Shown: positions 60,257 through 64,000 of the stretch, one piece after another | Position numbering within the stretch: the first letter of the stretch is position 1 | How the letters are laid out: each line of letters opens with the position of its first letter | Source of the DNA: a virus | Taxonomy: Duplodnaviria > Caudoviricetes | DNA length: 64,000 nucleotides | Strand: one strand, 5' to 3' | IMG/VR virus record: IMGVR_UViG_3300028048_002144 | Notes under the pieces: generated by a model | What the model was told of the DNA's origin: nothing | What the model saw: only the letters and a program-made list of their open reading frames with translations | Databases searched by the model: none | Made by a program: the position numbers and the translations under genes

Positions 60257-60336
60257 GGGGCACCTAGAGAGTCGAACTCTAACCGGTGTTTTGTCTTTCA
60301 GGACCGCTGATGTGCTACCGTTACACTAAAATGCCC
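60257..60336 (-). ncRNA. tRNA-like RNA with remodelled anticodon region
   Basis: Acceptor GGGCATT/GGTGCCC with D- and T-arms but no 7-nt anticodon loop. Confidence 0.6.
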
Positions 60337-60463
60337 ATACTCAATGTTCTATTTAATGTGGGAACAAAGAAGCCACAGGGTAAAAGAAATGAATGAATTA
60401 ACAATCCAAGAAATCTTTGATATGAAGTCTTGAAATGATGCTGCCGACAATAACGACAGCAAG

Positions 60464-60537
60464 TGGACCATGTTGGACTCGAACCAACGACAGCTCGCTT
60501 ATGAGGCGAGTGGTCTAACCAACTGACCTAATGGTCC
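60464..60537 (-). tRNA. tRNA-Ile2(CAT) (or Met)
   Basis: CTCGC-CTCATAA-GCGAG; GGACC acceptor resembling Firmicute Ile2. Confidence 0.85.
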
Positions 60538-60665
60538 ATGCGAGAGACCAAAAATAAACAAGAGAAAGGAGACTGGTCTCTCTAAAACTATGAAAAAAAT
60601 ATTGATTTATTAAAGCAGAAAGCCCTATGCTCATATAAAACTTACGATAAGACCTTCTGCCTTAA

Positions 60666-60747
60666 TGACCCTGATGGGACTCGAACCCACATGAGCTACG
60701 CTCGCATGATTAAAAGTCATGTGCCATACCAATTAGGCGACAGAGTC
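60666..60747 (-). tRNA. tRNA-Lys(TTT), long variable arm
   Basis: CATGA-CTTTTAA-TCATG; V-arm GAGC-GTA-GCTC. Confidence 0.85.
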
Positions 60748-60883
60748 ATAGTGCAGATATTCTCTGCACTAAAAACGTATTTTGAAAGGAGTATATGCAA
60801 CAGATGATTTTACTTTATCTATCTTGTTGACATATTTAATATGACAGATATACTCCCTTTTCTTCATTTTTGTTATGATTTTT

Positions 60884-61234
60884 TTAAAAGAAATTAAAAA
60901 TTAAATATATAAGACCAATGGACGCAGTAATTACGCCTGCTAGTTTAAGTAATTCCTTTGATATTCTGAATAAATCTTCAAAAAAGCATCGAGTAACGCT
61001 TTTCTTATATTTATATATACCCGTATATTTATGATCCTTTACAAAACTAGGTTCATAGAAGTAAAAATATCGTCTATTTCTTACTCTGGTAAGCCTAGGA
61101 TTACTAGAAAATGGATATTGTGTTCCGAGTTTTAATTCGCCCAGATCTTTATCTTCTCTTATCCATTCAATTTTGTTTTTGCCTTCTACAAATTCTATTG
61201 GCCTTATGTTCTCTATATTTGCTTCGTATCTCAT
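60884..61234 (-). CDS. hypothetical protein with C-terminal TM
   Basis: ORF after promoter module. Confidence 0.6.
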   Translation of the reverse strand: MRYEANIENIRPIEFVEGKNKIEWIREDKDLGELKLGTQYPFSSNPRLTRVRNRRYFYFYEPSFVKDHKYTGIYKYKKSVTRCFFEDLFRISKELLKLAGVITASIGLIYLIFNFF

Positions 61235-61335
61235 AAATACTCCATATTCTTTTTATTTTTCTGGCTATCTTTAATATGAAAGATGCATAAAAGTACAAAA
61301 AATACCTCCAACACAAAGTTGAAGGTATTTTACAA

Positions 61336-62451
61336 TTACTTAAAGATAATGATAACATCATCTCCCATATCAATATGATCAATATACTCGTTGTTCTTAT
61401 TCTTCAGGATCTGGAGCGTAGCGACTACTTCTTTCTTGTTGACAGAAACAAAGTCAAACTGAGCATCCTTTGAATCTGGGATAGTTGCAGGCTGTACAGA
61501 AGATTCATCATTGCTTTCTTCGTTATTTTCTATTTCTGGTTCAGAAGTTTTCATATCTTCTTCTGTATTAATAGAAAATGCATCAAACAAGTCTTCCATA
61601 TCAGCAGCAGCTTTAATCGTATTATCCTTCTGATCTGGTTCAGATGGTGTTGAAACTGGCTCTGGAATTACAGGTGTTTCTTCTGGTGCTTTTTCCTCTG
61701 TAATCTTTTCATCCTTTTTCTTTGAACTAAAATCCTTAAATCTTTTAAGTGTTTCAGCCTTTAGATCAGCGTGGCTTTCCTGGTAATTAAGTTCATTAAT
61801 TAGTACACAAAGCATACTTGCATCGCCTAGCGCAGAATGAGGTTCATGAATTGTTAATCCTAAACTATCTGCGGCTAGCTGCTGATTAATCTTCTTATTA
61901 GATCCAAAGAATTTCTCGCTAATAGCCTGGGCATCAATGACACAAATATCATCAATAATAGAAATATCTGTATTTTCATTTACGCCCTGCTTAATCAATG
62001 TCTGAGAAATAAGTCTTACATCAAAATTGGAATTGTAAATATATACTTTCTTATTTCTAAGGATTGATAAGATTTCGCCCCAGCAGTTCCTAAACTTAGG
62101 AGAGATTTCTAACATCCAATCCGGCAGCTTGTTCTTTGCTGTTGCAAAGGTATTACTTTCACAATCTGGTTTAAATGTTTCATGGTACAACTTCTCTCCA
62201 TTTACACCAGTAATACCAATTTCGATAACTTCATCAGTATTAGTCAGGCCTGTAGTTTCTGTGTCCAGGAAGACAACATTATCCGAAAGATCACCTTTGT
62301 TTTTTACAACAAAGAGTTCTTCTTTTACTACTCTTTCGTAAAATGCTTTGTATTTGTCCTGGTTCTCCTGATCTTTAAATTTATAGCCAGAAGGTGTTAA
62401 TTCTCCACCTAAATGAATGGCCATTTTATTTAAAGTATTCATATCAATCAT
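61336..62451 (-). CDS. DEDDh 3'-5' exonuclease (DnaQ/epsilon-like) with acidic tail
   Basis: FLDTETTGL..DEVIEI, YNSNFD, HSALGDA. Confidence 0.88.
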   Translation of the reverse strand: MIDMNTLNKMAIHLGGELTPSGYKFKDQENQDKYKAFYERVVKEELFVVKNKGDLSDNVVFLDTETTGLTNTDEVIEIGITGVNGEKLYHETFKPDCESNTFATAKNKLPDWMLEISPKFRNCWGEILSILRNKKVYIYNSNFDVRLISQTLIKQGVNENTDISIIDDICVIDAQAISEKFFGSNKKINQQLAADSLGLTIHEPHSALGDASMLCVLINELNYQESHADLKAETLKRFKDFSSKKKDEKITEEKAPEETPVIPEPVSTPSEPDQKDNTIKAAADMEDLFDAFSINTEEDMKTSEPEIENNEESNDESSVQPATIPDSKDAQFDFVSVNKKEVVATLQILKNKNNEYIDHIDMGDDVIIIFK

Positions 62452-62526
62452 TATACTTTCTCCTTTCTTATCTATAAAAGTCTATCTTTAATATGAATTA
62501 TTTTTATAGCAAAAAAACCCTGGAGT

Positions 62527-63084
62527 TTAATCCAGGGCTTTACTCTTCAATTCTGCTAACAGTAAAATTTCTTTTGCGGTCTTATCTACATCATTCAAAC
62601 GAAGATTATTACAATCTATAATAATATCTTTTTTTAGAGGTATAGAGAAATCTTTTTTATCTGCGATAAGTCTACGTTCTATTTCCTCTGTAGAGTCTCC
62701 TCTTAATTCAGCTCTCTTTTTGATGTTTTCATCAGAAAGATCTAAATACACTCCAATAAAGTCTTTATTCAGTTCTTCCAGCTTCTTAACTCCATACGGG
62801 TTTAATACAATAACTGTATTATCTACAATTGAGTTCTTAGCACTTCCATACTGGCAGTATCCGAAAGCTGCATTATATTCCGCTGTTTCAATAAAGAACC
62901 CTTCGTTTTTCTTCTGGTTGAATTCATCATTATTTATAAAATGATAGTCAATACCATCTACTTCATTTGAACGTATAGGTCTAGTTGTGTAAGTAACCAC
63001 TCTTTTTAGTCCTAACTTCTCTAGTTCCTTTGCAATAGTAGTTTTTCCGCTATTAGTTTTACCAAAAATAACTAATGGTTTCAT
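62527..63084 (-). CDS. gmk: guanylate kinase
   Basis: GKTNSGKT, YTTRPIR..EVDGIDYHF, YGS, RGDS.EEIERRL. Confidence 0.88.
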   Translation of the reverse strand: MKPLVIFGKTNSGKTTIAKELEKLGLKRVVTYTTRPIRSNEVDGIDYHFINNDEFNQKKNEGFFIETAEYNAAFGYCQYGSAKNSIVDNTVIVLNPYGVKKLEELNKDFIGVYLDLSDENIKKRAELRGDSTEEIERRLIADKKDFSIPLKKDIIIDCNNLRLNDVDKTAKEILLLAELKSKALD

Positions 63085-63143
63085 TAAGTGCTCCTTTCTG
63101 CTTTTAAATTCTATTTAGAATATGACTTATAATTTTGGTATTT

Positions 63144-63934
63144 AGACATATGGGTGCAATATATGTTCCCATTTGTCTCAAGTTTTAATAAAAATCTTAA
63201 TTACAGACATTTGGGTAGTGAATTATAGACATATGGGTACTATTTTCACGTTAACCTTATAATAAAAGCCTTAAATAGTACCTATTTGTCTCTATTTATA
63301 AAACGCCAGTTGTTGTTTTGTATTTTTATATACAACAATTAGTTATTTATTTAGGAGAATTAAAAAGCCTTTATTTTCAAGGGATTCTAGCATTTATTAA
63401 AGACATTTAGGTATTTAATTTAAGACAAATACGTATTATATGATTGACAATCAAGGCATAAAATCGAGACATCTGGGCATTCTAAATTACTGACAAATAG
63501 GGGCTTTAATTGAGACATATAGAGCTTAATTAAAGACATATAGGGTGTGTTTTATTTCTACTAAAGACAAAATGGTATTCTTTTATAAAATAAGGACAAA
63601 TAGGTAGTTATTTATAGGTTTAATTGGTTTTTCTATGGATTGTTATTACTTTTATTAGATTATATATGCACCCATTTGTCTCAAGTTTTATTGGTTATAG
63701 AAAATAAAGACATTTGGGTACTATAATCTGAGACATTTAGGGAGTCATATTTTTAATTTGAGACATCTGGGTACTGCTTTTTATCTTTACGTATAAATTC
63801 AAATTAAGACATCTGGGTGCTTCGGCTAATTGCACATACACCCATTTGTCTTAAATTAATTAAATAGAGACATTTGGGTGTTATAATTTAAGACATTTGG
63901 GTACCAGAAAAATTGAAATTAAGACATTTGAGTA
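63144..63934. repeat. iteron-like array, about 20 copies of AGACAWHTRGGTR (candidate replication origin)
   Basis: Runs at 21-24 bp spacing (63401, 63423, 63445, 63467, 63491, 63513, 63534) plus four inverted copies in AT-rich non-coding DNA. Confidence 0.8.
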
Positions 63935-64000
63935 CAGACGAGCACCTTTTTGTCTTTTCTTTTTTAGCATTTTTGTCTATTTCTTTTATATCATTTTTCA

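Noticed and set aside
63144-63934. CRISPR array
   Set aside because: Repeats are degenerate 13-mers in both orientations with gaps often near 9 nt, and no cas genes are present; iterons fit better.

Overview
AT-rich window from a large extrachromosomal element of a Clostridia-type (Firmicutes) host, either a megaplasmid, phage-plasmid or jumbo phage. No virion or conjugation genes are visible, so the class is unresolved. Almost all genes lie on the minus strand in short units separated by a recurring terminator + AAAAATCWTTCATATT promoter-like + RBS module (about 30 copies). Replication genes: a DnaG N-terminus, RecJ, a DnaQ-like exonuclease and a DnaE polymerase split without inteins into separately promoted genes around a MoxR-type AAA/VWA pair. 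Other proteins: ClpX-like ATPase, GGDEF protein, SpoVG, macro domain, Panacea/DUF4065, DNA methyltransferase, HAD phosphatases, HipA-like kinase and guanylate kinase. There are two TnpB-only IS200/IS605 elements, and the guide of one matches the start of the neighbouring gene. A tRNA island at 52.2-60.8 kb holds 14 tRNAs, including Cys/His/Trp/Lys with abnormal long variable arms, Ser(ACT), and Leu(TAA) split by an HNH-encoding group I intron. It also holds four tRNA-like RNAs with missing or remodelled anticodon arms and a roughly 610-nt ROOL/GOLLD-like RNA. An iteron-like array at 63.1-63.9 kb is the likely replication origin. All calls are by-eye motif recognition; no searches were run.
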